This document shows, piece after piece, positions 34,913-46,860 of a DNA stretch of 64,000 nt. A model generated the notes under the pieces. The model had not been told where the DNA came from and did not search any database. It saw only the letters and a program-made list of their open reading frames with translations. Source of the stretch: Cyanophora paradoxa CCMP329 (Eukaryota; Plantae; Glaucophyta); the NCBI GenBank assembly GCA_004431415.1, contig QPMI01000416.1, forward strand, positions 806,001 through 870,000, given 5' to 3'. The position numbers were made by a program, and so were the translations under genes. Every line of letters starts with the position of its first letter. The stretch's first letter is position 1.

Positions 34913-36670
34913 ATGGCCTTCGCGTCGCCGCCGTGCAGTCCACAGCCCACCGTGCAGTGCACAAGCGGTTCGCTTCATCAGCTCCGCTGCACGTGCGCGC
35001 TCGCAGCCGCACCGCAGACAAGACGCCATGTCCAATGCTCGTCGCTCCTCGCTCCGGTGGACAGCCGCTCCAGTTTGCGGCGCAAGCGCGGCCCCTCGCT
35101 CCGGTGGACTGCCGCTCCAATGCATGACACGGCGTTGGGCTTTCGACGGCAACGGGTTCTCGTCTGCAGCGCGGCGGACGACGCCGGCCTCGCGACGCCG
35201 CCTTGGAGATCGCTGGTCAACGAGCAGAGCTTCGTCGATGACGATCTTTGCAGCGTAGCCCCGCGGCACATGTTCGCGCGGGAGGCTCACATGTTGGAGC
35301 TGGACGAACTCGAAGCCGACGACAGCTCACCTTCAGCCCTCGTTCGGGCCCTCGTGCACGTTTCAGAGGAGGAGAGCGCGGGATCTGTTGGCCAGCAGGA
35401 ATTCGTCGATCGCACCATCGCCGACATAGCCGCGGCCGTGAGTCGCCTGATCAAGGAAGCGCTTGCCACCGCCGCCGCCGCCGCCCACCATACGCCTTCG
35501 GCAGGCCGCGCGCTCGCTAGCAGAGGGGGGTGGCAAGGACGCGGCGGCGGCGGTGCGGGCGGCGGCGGCTGAGCTCTTCGGGGCGCGGGGCTTCGTGGCC
35601 CTCTCAGCGGCGCCCTCGGAGTACGGGCTCGACGCCGGCGACGTGCTCATCGACCAGGCACGCCGTGCTGGCGCCGGCCGCTCCGCCGGGGAGGTGACGG
35701 GGCGAGGCAGGTGCTGCGGCGGGGCCAGGGCTTGGCGCTGGCGGCGGCGGTGCTGCTGCGAGAGGTCTGCCGCCGCCTGGGGGCGCCCCTGCGGCCGGCC
35801 TGCGACGCCGTGCCCCACCTGCTTTTCTGCGAGGCCGCCCCGGAGCCCTTCTTCGTCGACCCCCTGCGTGCCGGCGCCATCGTGCCCCGCGCCGACCTCG
35901 ACGCCCACCGCGCCGCCCACTACCCCCCGCCCGGCCCCGACGCCCCGCACCCCCTCCCCGGGCTCGCCCCGCCGGCCCCGCCCGACAGCCCCGCGACGGA
36001 GCGCGACCGCTGCGTCGAGTGCAGGGAGTGAGCGGGCGTCCCCCGTTAGCCGGCCCGGCGCCTTCGCGCTCGCCCCTGCGTCCACTCTGATCCCGCACGC
36101 ACCCAGCTTCTCGCCCCCCGGGGGATACTGCGGGGCGGCGCTCGGGGCTCGCGCCCTCCTTGCCCGCGTCCTCTGCTCGCTGAAGGTCGCAGCGCCGACG
36201 CTGCGCCGCGCCGCGCCCCGGACCGGCTGACCCTTCCCCGCAGCTGATCCATGTGCGGCGGAGGGACTACCTGCGCGCGCTCGCCGCCTCGGACCGCCTG
36301 CTGCTGCTGTACCCCCGCTCCCTGCCAGAGCTCCGCGATCGCGGCCTCATCCTCTACCAGGCCCGTAACCCTCCCCCTCCAACCCCGTCGCCCGCCCCCC
36401 GCCAACTTCTCACGCCGCGCAGCTGGGGCGCCACCAGGAATCCCAGCGGGCCCTGCAGGACTACCTGGTGCGCGACCCGGCGGCCTACGACGGGAACTCC
36501 GTCCGCCGCCTCGTCCTCAAAATCAAGATGGAGCGGTGCGAGCGCCGGCGCTCTCAATCTTGAGCTCGAGTTTGCTCAGCGGCCGCGCCGCTGGCGCTGT
36601 TTGGGGATGCGTGCGCTGACGCCCGCTTTTCGCGCGGCTGCGCAGACAGCTCCGGTCCCGTGTACAGTAG
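34913..36670 (+). CDS. Plastid-targeted SirB1-like protein (transglutaminase-like core + TPR)
   Basis: MAFASPP transit peptide; LIDQVLRRGQGLALAAAVLLREVCRRLG, FFVDP, RALAASDRLLLLYP..ELRDRGLILYQLG. Confidence 0.75.
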
Positions 36671-36907
36671 GCTTGACGTTTGTTGTACAGTGCGAGACAT
36701 GCGAGACAAGGTTGGTCTGAACTGGCTCTGAAGTTCTCTGCAGCTGAACGGGTCAATCCGTGGGGGTAGAGGCGGAACTCAGACGGGAGCACTAGCTTGC
36801 ACTTCGACCAGCACATGTACAGCCACGCATAGCTAGCAATACGATCGTTAGCTATACGACCGTTTCAGCAGGCGACCTAGATCGCGATCGCTCGTCAGCG
36901 CGTTGGG

Positions 36908-37949
36908 ATGACGCAGGACAGTATACGTACTCCTGAGCTCCCGACGCGGTTCCCAGCCCCCGAGGAGCGCTACTTTGCGCGAGCGTACTACCTTAACGAG
37001 AAGAACCAGGAGGGCGCCGACCAGTACGTTCACCAGCACACCAACACGTCCGCCACGCACCCGCGCCGTCGAGATCGGCGCCCGCTGATCGTCCGCCAGG
37101 CTCTGCGTAATCGGCCTCGCGCCCTCGCACGCGGCGCTGAAGCGGAGGCCGGTGAAGGTCGAGTACAGGGAGGGCCGCAACGCAAAATGCACGGGCAAGC
37201 GGAAGCGCGGCTCGTTCTACGTGCAGGAACACACGTGCGCGCTCCTGCAAAGCTGCATATCGTCGTCTACACTGATCTCTACATGCAGACCTGTCTGCGA
37301 TGTGCGTGCGGGGCGCGCGGTGCGATCGGGGCCGCCGGCGATGAGATCGCAGGTGGTGTGCGAGGACGGGTCGCGCTGGACGGTCCTGGCCCGCCTCCGC
37401 GGCCACCTCGTTGAGGTGCCTCTGTGCTGGCGCCTGCGCCGCGCGCCGGGGGCCCTGCGCGGAGAGGGCTTGCCGGGGCAGGTGAACGAGCGGCTCTTGA
37501 GCGAGCCGGGCCTCCTGTGCTCCCACGTGCGCCCTCCTGAAGCCCGCAGCGCCCTCTCACACGCGCACCTGACCCAGCAACGCGCGCCTCGCAGCCCGAG
37601 ACGCAGGGCTACGTCGGTGCCTGCGCCCCGCGGCGCGCGCCAGGGGCGGCCGCCCACCGCGGCGGGGCGCAGGGATCATCGCCCCGAAGTTCGCGGACCG
37701 GAAGCAGGCGGTGGCGGCCGGCCTCGACCGCGCACAGTACTGTGCCGCCAGGCGCGCGAGGCGCCGCGGACGGGCGGAGGGGGCTCTGAGGGCGGGGGCG
37801 GCAGGGGGGTGGAGGAGGCGGGGCGGGCGGCCCCCAAGTGGTGCGTCATGGACGAGGAGGCGGAGGGCGCCGGGGAGGACCCCGCCGAGGCCCCCGCCGG
37901 CGACCCCGCACCCGGCACCCCGGGCCCCGCCTCCGAGGCCGGCGACTAG
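36908..37949 (+). CDS. ABITRAM: Abitram/FAM206A (Simiate)-like protein
   Basis: ERYFARAY, DQYVHQHTN, CVIGLAPSH, TGKRKRG, LRGHLVEVNERLLSEP, GYVGII. Confidence 0.8.
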
Positions 37950-38064
37950 CCTCCAGCGCTGCCCCTCTCACGCTACCCAAGCCCCTCGCTCACCCGTAGA
38001 GTCTCGCCTTCGAAGAGATCGACTATTTTGAGAGGGAGTAGAGCGACGAGTGCGGCGAGGGGTC

Positions 38065-40136
38065 CTAAGGGAGGAGGTCGTCGAGGGGGCTGCGGTGGGC
38101 GGCGCCCCGGGCGGCACGGAGCCAGTCGCGGAGCAGGGCGCGCTCGCCTTCCACCACCGTCTCCGCGAGCCCCGCCCGCCCCGCGTCCACACCATCCCCC
38201 TCCGCCTGCCCCCGCCCCGCCCCATTGGCGGGGGCGGAGCGCGGGGCGGGAGGCGGGGGCACCGGGGGCGGTGCGGGGGGCGGGTAGGCGGCGAGGGCGG
38301 CCTCCACGAGGGCGGCGAGGATCTCGGCGGCGGGGCGCGGCAGCGCGGCGGCCTCGCCGGCGCGCTGCTCGGGGCCGGGGCGGGGCGCTCGGGCTCGCGG
38401 GGCGCGGAGAAGGCGGCGACAGCGGCGGCGAGCTCCTCCGCCGAGGCCGCCGCCGCCACCGCGAGGTACGCCTTCAGCTCCTGCCGCCCCCTCGCGCCCC
38501 AGCCCCCGCACCGCTCCCCGGGGCCGCCGGCGCACGTGCGGCAGGCTCTTGCGCGCCCAGAGGAGGAGCTCGTAGCGGCCCCCGCGGGGGTCGAACCCGA
38601 GCGCCCGCAGCGCCTCCCCGCGCGCCGCGCGCAGCCCGTCCTCGTCCCCCGCGGGGCCGGCGGGCGGCGGGAAGGCCGGTGCGGGGAGGATGGCGGCGTC
38701 GTGCGCGTTCCCCTCCACGGCAAACCCGAACCCTGCCGCCCTGGAGGTCACGGGCGGGAGGGGGAGGAGGCGTGGGGGGGGGGGGGGGGCACCGGGGAGG
38801 AGCTGGAAGTTGGGGAGGTCGCCGTAGCAGAGCAGCACCTGCGCGCCCCGCAGCCCGCTCGCCCCGCCCCACTCCCACCCCCCGTGCCGGGGCCGGGCGG
38901 CGCGGGGGGCGCCTCGGAGCCGGCGGGGATGTCGCGCGTCGCCTCGATTGCCACGAGCGGGCGCAGCGGGTCCCCGTCCCCCTCCCCATCCTGCAGCCAC
39001 GCCACCGCCGCGTTCCCGCCCTCGGGCCCCGCCCTGCCGCCGGCGGGGCGGGTGAGAGGGGAGGGGGAGGGGGGCTGGGGCGGGGCGGGGCGCGCGAGTG
39101 GTTGAGCAGGTCCATGCCGGCGACGAGGGCCTTGTCGGTGCGGTCCCAGCGCACCTCCCCCTTCCGCCGCGTCGCCCGCGTCTGCTGCACCCCCATCGCC
39201 TGCCCGCACCACCCCTCAGCCCCCCGTCACCGCTCCCTGCGAGCGCCGGCAGGGCGGCGCGCCCACGCGAAGGAGTGCGCGGTGAGGGCTCCGGGGGCGG
39301 CGAGCAGGGGGGGGCAGCGGGGGTGGCGGAGGAGGGGCGGGGCGAGGCGGTCGTGGGCGTAGCGGTAGGCGAAGCGCTGCTGGAGGACGAGGTCGCGGGC
39401 GGGGGAGCCCCGCAGCCGCTCCACCTCCGCCTCGCCCCAGCCCAGCGCCGGGAAGCCGCCGAGGTCGGGCAGCGACTCGAGGTAGGGCGCCCAGGCGCCC
39501 CCGGCGCCCCGCGCGCGCTCGAGCAGCAGGAAGAGCGCGAGCGCTTCGTCCCCGTCGACCTGGCAAAGCCGGAGCTCGCTCAGGCGGCCGCGGCGGCGGT
39601 GAAGCAGCGCGCGCGCCCCCGGCGCGGGGCGCACGCGGGAGAGGCCGGAGCAGCGAAAGCCAAGCTCCGCGCTCCCCGCGACGGTCCCGTATGTGATCAC
39701 GCGGCCCCGCGGGATGCGCGCCTGCCCGCGCGTTAGCTGCCGTCGCCGTGCGAGCGTCGCGATAAGTGTGCAGGCGCACGATCTGGGATCCAGCGGCGAT
39801 GTCCTCGACGGCTAGCGCGCCCCGCACGCCGGTCGCCGGGTCCGTGGCGACCCGTAGCGGGAAGTGCGCCCCGCCGAGCTCCAGCCATTGCAGTAGCCGC
39901 ACGTCGCGCTCGTTATCTGAGTGAGCTCCGACTGGCCGCGCAAAATTGCCGGCGCCGGGGCCTTGCTCTGCAGCCGCGCAGCGGGGCACGAACGGCTGCC
40001 GGCGCCGGACGGCTTTCTGGAGATGTCGGCAGCCCCTTCGACGGCAGGGCGGGCTCTGGCTGTGGTGCGGCGAAGGGATCGAGGGACCGGAATGCGGTTG
40101 GCATCGCCAGACCGCGGGCGCAGCGAATGTTGCCAT
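38065..40136 (-). CDS. Plastid-targeted Rubisco-LSMT-like SET methyltransferase
   Basis: MATFAAP transit peptide; LLQWLELGG, GVRGALAVEDI, LALFLLLER..WAPYLESLP, FAWA, LVAGMDLLNH, ATRDIPAGSEVLLCYGDLPN. Confidence 0.85.
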
Positions 40137-40444
40137 ACGGCCAAGATCGCTAAGCTTCTAGTGCTCCTCGCCGGCCTTGCGCAGCAGCGATCGAAAGCCG
40201 AGCGCTCGGGCCGGGCGCGGGAGCTGTCCGCTGAAATGCCGCGCGGCGGGCGTGCGGACTCGGCGCGCTACGTGCGGCTGCGCATACCCTAGGCCTAAAT
40301 CCCGGAGCGTGAGAGGGTCGCGCCAGTGAAGTCCGCCACGCCCAACGAGCGGTATCCCCGAGATGGGGCGGTGCGCATCAGCTCTATAGCTAGCCAGCGT
40401 ACAGCTGCAGCTACAGGCGCGTCCCTGCGACGATCGAGCGTGGC

Positions 40445-42039
40445 ATGAAGCAGTATCAGGCGGCGGCGGCGGGCGCGTCGCTACTGGACCTGCCCGACGA
40501 CATCCTCGTTCACACCCTGCAGCTCGTCGGCTTCGCGTCTGCGTGGGCCGCGCGGCGCGCTTGCCGCCGCCTCCGCGACGCCGTGGAGCGCGGCGTGCGT
40601 GCTGGCGAGCTGCGGGCAGCGGCGGACGACCCGGCCGCGCTGGAGCTGCTGGCGGCGCTGGTGCGGGCGGGGCGCGTGCGGGCGGACGCGGTGAGCATCA
40701 GGCTGAAACAGATACCTAGACCAGCGTTGGAAGGCGCGATGTTGCGTCTCTTCCGTGGAGCGGCGGCGGTGATGGAGGCCTGTTCGACAGCAGCGCTAGC
40801 GGGCGCGGAAGAGAGCTTCGAGGCGTCGCTCACTGTTGAAGACAAGCTGATGACGGCCGATGTGCTTCAGGAGGCGCTGCGGGACTCGCCGGCCCTGGGG
40901 CGCCTCACGGGCCTGCGCCTTCCGGTGTCGGTGCCGCTGCACCAGGGGGCGGCCAGGAGCATCGCGGCAAAGTGCCGGCGGCTGCGGCGGCTCAGCTTCG
41001 GCGTCGTCGCCTACGCGAGCAGCTCGGCGCAGTTCCAGTACCTGAGCGGCGTGCTTGGCAGCGTCAGCGGGCTGCCCCTGGAGGAGCTCGCCGTGGGCGC
41101 CGGCAGCGGCAGGCGCTTCGAGGGGAGGAGCGCCGCCATCCTCGCCCCCAGCCCCGCCGCCCGCTCTCTCCGCTCCCTCCAGCTCGGGCGAGCCGCCGCC
41201 CCCCGCCGCCGCCCGCGTCAGCCGCCGACCCCGCCCCTCGCCGGCAGGGAGAAGCTCGAGGTGAGCCCAGAGGCCGTGGAGGCCATCTTCTCGCTCCCCC
41301 GCCTCGAGCGCCTCTCGTCCGAGCTCGCCGTCTCGTGCGCCGCCGGCGGTGTGGCGGGGCGGGGCGGGGCGGGGCGGTGAGTGGGGGGCGGGGCGGGTGG
41401 GGCAGCTCGGACGGGGAGCTGGCGCTGGTGGAGGGCCTCCTGCAGCACCGCAGCCTCCGCGAGGCGAGCCTTCGCCTCACCCGCCCCGCCCCCGCCACCG
41501 GCCCCCGCCTCGCCGCCGCCCTCCGCGCCTCCTCCCTCGCCGCCCTCCACCTCGCCCTCGACCCCCGTGCGAGGGCCCCCCGCGTGCCCACCCCCGCGCC
41601 CGCCGCCCACCGGCGCGCAGCCTTCAGCGAGGGAGCGCTCGTGGCGCTGCTCGACGGGGCGGGGGCGGCGGTGCGCAGCCTTCGCGTGAGCGCGGGGGGG
41701 GCGCTCTCGCTGCCCGAGCTCGCGGCGCTCGCCGCCTGCGGGCCCCGCCTCGAGGCCCTCTGCCTCTGCCAGCGCATCGAGGAGGAGGTGCCGGCCGCGT
41801 ACGCCCTCCTCGCCCCCCTCGGCCCCCGCCTCGAGGTCCGCCCCGCTCCCCGGGGGCCGGGGGCCCGGGCCGCATCGCGCCCGCCAACGAGCGCCGTGGG
41901 CCCCCCGCAGATGCGCCTCGTCTCGGGGCTCTCCACGCGCTCCAGCCTCGTCACGAAGCAGCTGCAGGGCAGGGCCCTTGCCTCCGCCCGCCGCCTCCTC
42001 CCCGCCGCCCGCCTCCACCTCCACCCAAGCGCCCTCTGA
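40445..42039 (+). CDS. F-box protein with degenerate LRR-like region
   Basis: SLLDLPDDILVHTLQLV..ARRACRRLR F-box, followed by repeated LxxLxL motifs. Confidence 0.7.
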
Positions 42040-42523
42040 GACTACGAAATCATGTCCATGATCATCCGAGTTCAATGAACGGTAATTATATCCTAGTACA
42101 AGCTTCATTATAAGAGTGATGGAGAAGTCATCGCTGAGTCGAACACTGTACATGTGTGTGAACTACGAGTCTACGACCCGGTGACCGCCGGACCGTGACG
42201 GTCAACGAAAACTGAATCATTGAATTTCGACCGGCCGGCGCCATGCCATGATGGCAGTGATGGCACCGGACCGCCGGGCCGCGGAGTTCATCATCATGCA
42301 CCCGTGACCGATATCGATCCAGCCTGGCAGCCTGCCGCAGCGCGCATGCCGCTGGCAGCTCATCATGATCATGGCATGGCATGCATATGGCATCCCAAGG
42401 CCTGAGGGCAGCCTGGCAGGCTAGGCCGCCCCGCCCTTGGGCCCCGGCCCGGCGGGGAGCCTCAAAGGATCATCGGATCCCCAGTCGGGTGCGGGCGACT
42501 TAGTGGGCACGAGTCACGATCAA

Positions 42524-44858
42524 TCACTGAGTTGATTGCAAGTTGCAGCCGAGGCGCTTGCTTCGGAAAGCTCTCTCGAGCTCAGTTTTCTCTTCGAAGG
42601 GGGGCGCGTGGGCGAGGGGCGCTACAGTATGGGGCTCTCGGTGGAGGGGGCCATATGCATGGCGAGGACGCCGGCCCCGAGGTCCGCGGGCGGCCCCTCG
42701 TCCGACGCGCGCCGGAAGACAGACGGCGGGTTTGTCTGCAGCTGCCGCCCCGAGCTGCCGCCCCCGGCGCCGCCGGCCGGGGCGACGCCGGCGCCGGGGG
42801 AGGCGGGGGGCGCGGCCTCGTCGGAGGGGCGGCGGGGGTCGCGGGCGGAGAGCGGGGAGGGTGCGGGGGCCGGCGGCGGGCGAACATGTCCCGCAGCTCG
42901 TCGATGTCGTCGTCATTCACCGACACCGAGCTCCGCAGCGGGTCCGAGCGCCCCGGCCCGGCCGCCGGCGCCGACACGGCACGCAGTGCACGTGGCGAGG
43001 CGGCGCCGGCCTCGGCCGCCCCGCGCGCGGCCGCGAGCTCGGCCTCCAGCGCCGCCACGCGCGTCCTCGAGTCGCCGAGCTCCTCCTGCGGCGGCCGGCG
43101 CTCAGGGCCGGGGACGGGGGCGGGGCGGGGGCGCGGACGGCGAGGCGACGCCAGCCGGCCTCGAGGCGGGCCGACTCGTCCCGCCAGCGCGCCGCCTCCT
43201 CCCGCGCAAACGCCGCCTCCACCCGCGCCTGCCGCCCCGCACCCATCGGGCGGGGCGGTGCGGGCGGGGCGGGGCGGCGGGGGCGGCGAGGCGCACGTGC
43301 TTGAGCTCGGCGAGGAGGGTGCGCTTGCGGCACCACTGGTGCATGCGGGCGATGACGCGCGCGCGGTGGTGGTGCGCCTGCGCCCGCCGCTCGGCCCCCG
43401 CCGCCGCAGGGCGAGCGGGGTGCGGGGCCGGCACCTCCCGGTACTGCATGTGGCCCCGCAGGTCGGTCACCGTGTCCCCCTCCTCCGCCACCGCCTCCTC
43501 CTCCTCCTCCCCCGGCCCGCCCTCTCCGCGCGCGGCGCGGGGCGGGTGGGGGAGCGGGGCGTGCTGGTGGGGCGGGGGCGGGGGCAGGGCGGTGGGGGCC
43601 TGCTGGGCGGGGACGGTCTGGGGGCCGGGCCCGTAACGCCAGTAGATCTCGCCGGAGGGCCGGGCGACGGGGAGGCCGCCCCCGTCGTCCCCGTCGCCGT
43701 CGGCGACGTGCAGCGGGAGGCAGGCGTCGAAGGAGCCGCCCGCCTCGTCCGCCGGCGGCGCCCGCGGCACCAGCAGGTCGAAGCGCCCGTCCCGCACCAC
43801 CACCGACAGGCCCTTGTTCACCGCGTCCTGCGCGCAGCGCTCGGCGGCCGCGGCAGCAGGCCGGGGCGCGGGGGGCGGGGGCGCGCCTGGCGAAGGCGCC
43901 AGGCCTCGAGCTCGTCGGCGAGGTCCTGGGTCTTGCAGTTCGCTTCCCGCAGCGCGTCGATCAGCTGCTGCACCTGCTGGTCCTTCGCCTCCCGCTCGTA
44001 CCGCAGCAGCGCCACCTGCCGGCCCGCGCCCCCGGGTCGGCGCCCGCGGGGCGGCCCCGGCGGCGGGCGGCGCGCTCGCCTCTCGCCGCAGCGCGTCGGC
44101 CTCCTCCTCGCTCGAGTCGCCGCCGAGGACGCGCTTGAGGCTCCCAAAGAGGCCCTCGTCGGGGGGCGCCGCGGGGGCCGCCCCGGGCCCCGCCGTCGCC
44201 AGCAGCGACATGATCCCGTCCCCCTCGAAGTCGATCGCCGGCATCCCCTCCCCGTCCGAGTCCGAGTCCTCCCCCTCCCCCTCTTTCCTCCGTTGCCCTC
44301 CAGCACCCTCCGCGTGCCCGCTCCCGGCCGCCTCCTTGCCCTGCGACGCGCGCGCCGCGGAGAGCCCCTTGAGGCGGCGCCGCGCGTCCGCGAGCGCGCG
44401 GCGGGCCCACCGCTTTCGGCGAGCGCTTGAAAGATTGTCCTGGTATTACCGGCTGCGGTTTCTTCCCAGCTCTGTAAATTCCACGCGTTAGCTGGCCGCG
44501 GCAACCAGAATCCGAACTGGTCTAAACGAAACTGACATGCGCAGCGGCTCTCGTACCTTCGGTAAAGCATCTCTAGCGCCTCCGTGAGGCTCACGATGTG
44601 CTGCATTTTGGACTTGAGGACCTGCGGGCGCCAGTTAGCGCTCGCGGTTGATTCCCTTCCGGCGGCGTTGCTGTCGCGGACCTCTTCGAGTGATGAAAGT
44701 ATCTTCTTTTGCATGTCCATGCGCGACTGGTAGTCCTTCTGCAGCATCGCCATCTCGCGCTCGTATTTCAACCGGAGCTCGGCATCGTCAGGCGGCTCCG
44801 GTTGAAGGTCGCGCGGAAAGGGCTCAGGCGCCGCTCCGCGAGGTGAGCGCACGTCCAT
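42524..44858 (-). CDS. Uncharacterised coiled-coil protein
   Basis: Spliceable exons with heptad character (LRLKYEREMAMLQKDYQSRM, LRYEREAKDQQVQQLIDALRE). Start and end approximate. Confidence 0.5.
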
Positions 44859-44925
44859 ACCGCCGCGAACCAGACCGAAGGCGCCAAGCGGGGGTACGCG
44901 CGTCAGTCCTCCCCCGACCAAAGCG

Positions 44926-46555
44926 ATGGGGTTCGCGGCCGCTTCAGCTCCCGTTACTTGGTCGCGAGCTCACTTCGCTCTTCGCAGTGTCGTTCAGAGC
45001 ATCGTCGCCTCGATCAAGACCCTCCAGTTCGGTGGTGCGTCCAGGCGGCAGTTTCTCTGCACTTTCGCCCCTTAGCAGGCGATCGAATGTACACACATTG
45101 ACGCTTGGACGAAATACCGGCACCTCCTCCCGGCCGGAAAACTGGCGGCTAACTGAAACGGTTGCGCTCCAGGCGAGTCGGCGGACTCCGTCGACGCCGC
45201 GCTCCAGCTGCTCGACTACGCTAAGGACGGTGAGTTCGACTCTGCTGCGCCCAGTCTGTCCGCCAGCGTGGTCGAACCGACCAGCGTGGTCCTGTTTGAT
45301 TTGTCACCGACTCCGGCCGGCAGACGATGTCCGCCACCTCATCATCGAGCAGGGTGGCCTGCCGGGTGCGTTGATTCGTTTGCGAATGCAGCAAAGGGCG
45401 CCGCCGACGGTCTGGGCCCCTCGGCAGTCATCGTGAACAAGCTGGGAAGCTCGAGCCCCGAGCTGCAGTCGCTGGCCGCCTCCATCATCCTCAACCTCGC
45501 CATCGACCGTGCGCCGCGGCCCGCTTCGTGCCCCTCCCGGCGCCCCCCGAGACGCCCCGCAGCGCACCTCCGCGACATCGTCGGCGAGGAGGCCGGCTGC
45601 ATCCCGCGCCTCTCCGAGCGTCCGTCCCGCCCGCCCGCGGCGCCACGCCTTCGCTCATCGTGATCCGGCCCCGCCTGCAGTGCTGGACACCCGCTACAGC
45701 CAGCTCCACTCGGAGCTCGACCTGCCCCCGATCCTCGAGGCGTCGGTCCGTCCGCCCGGCCCCCGCTTCCTTTTCCGTCCTCTCTCTGCAACTCACCCTT
45801 CGTTCGCAGACGGGTGCCATCCAGAACCTCGCTGCCACCGACCCGACCCAGAAGAGTGCGCCTTCCCCGCGGCGGGGGGCGCGGCGGGGCTGGCCGCGGC
45901 CGACGGCGGCGCAGACGTCCGCAAGGACCGGCGCCTGGCGATCGCGGACGCGGGTGCGGTGCCGAAGCTGGCGGCGGTGCTCTCCTCGCCGGCCGTCACC
46001 GCCGACGTCAAGAAGTCCGCCCTCTGGGGCCTCTGCAACCTCGCCACCAACGGTTCCGCCCCGCCCCCGCCCCGCCGCCCGCCGCCGGACGATGCCGAAG
46101 GGGCGCTGCAGAGCGCATCGCGCGGACGATCGAGGACCGGTACCTGGACCCGATCATGAAGATCCTGGGGGGCGACGTCGGCTCCTCGGAGGGCGCGATG
46201 CTCGACCGCCGCGAGGTCCAGAACATCCAGTCCGTCGCCCTCTTCGCCGTGCGCCCCGCCCCCCCCCGCCCCGCCCCGCCACGGCCGAGCCGAGCCGAGC
46301 CGAGCCGGGGCGGCGGGCGGCAGGTGAACAACGCGCTCTCTGGCGGCTCGCGCGGCGGGCGCCTCCGCCAGAACGCCCGCGCCTACGCGGCCGTCCAGGA
46401 GCTCTCCCAGTCCCCGCTCGAGAACGTCCGCAAGGGTGCGGCCCGCCCACGCCCTCGCCTCCCTGCCCCGTCGCCTGCCCGTCCCCTTCGTGGCCTGGAG
46501 GCAGCTGATGCCGCCCTCCGCAGTCGCCTTTGACGTCATCCGCAAGTCCGGCTAA
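44926..46555 (+). CDS. Armadillo-repeat protein
   Basis: LIIEQGGLP.VIVNKLGSSSPELQSLAASIILNLA, AIQNLA, IADAGAVPKLAAVLSS..KKSALWGLCNLA. Start uncertain. Confidence 0.75.
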
Positions 46556-46860
46556 GCTCGCCCAGCACGCGGGGCCGCGGGGTCGGCCCGCCGTGCGCGA
46601 CCATCCTGTAGAGTGTAGCGTGTCGCACGTTTGCAATGTGCGGAATCAAGCTGTAGTACTGGAATTTCTTGCTCGTCAGCGTGGGCTTTGGGTCGCCGGG
46701 ATCTATTGACGGCCTACTTGACGGCGCTTAGTCGGTCAGAGGTACACGTTCAAAAGTCGGCTGCCGCTGCCGGCCGCGCTCGCATTCGAGGCGCGTCAGG
46801 CGAGCATCTTAGAAGAGGGACAGTCGTTGACGATTGCACGCGCCAGCGCGCGGAACGAGA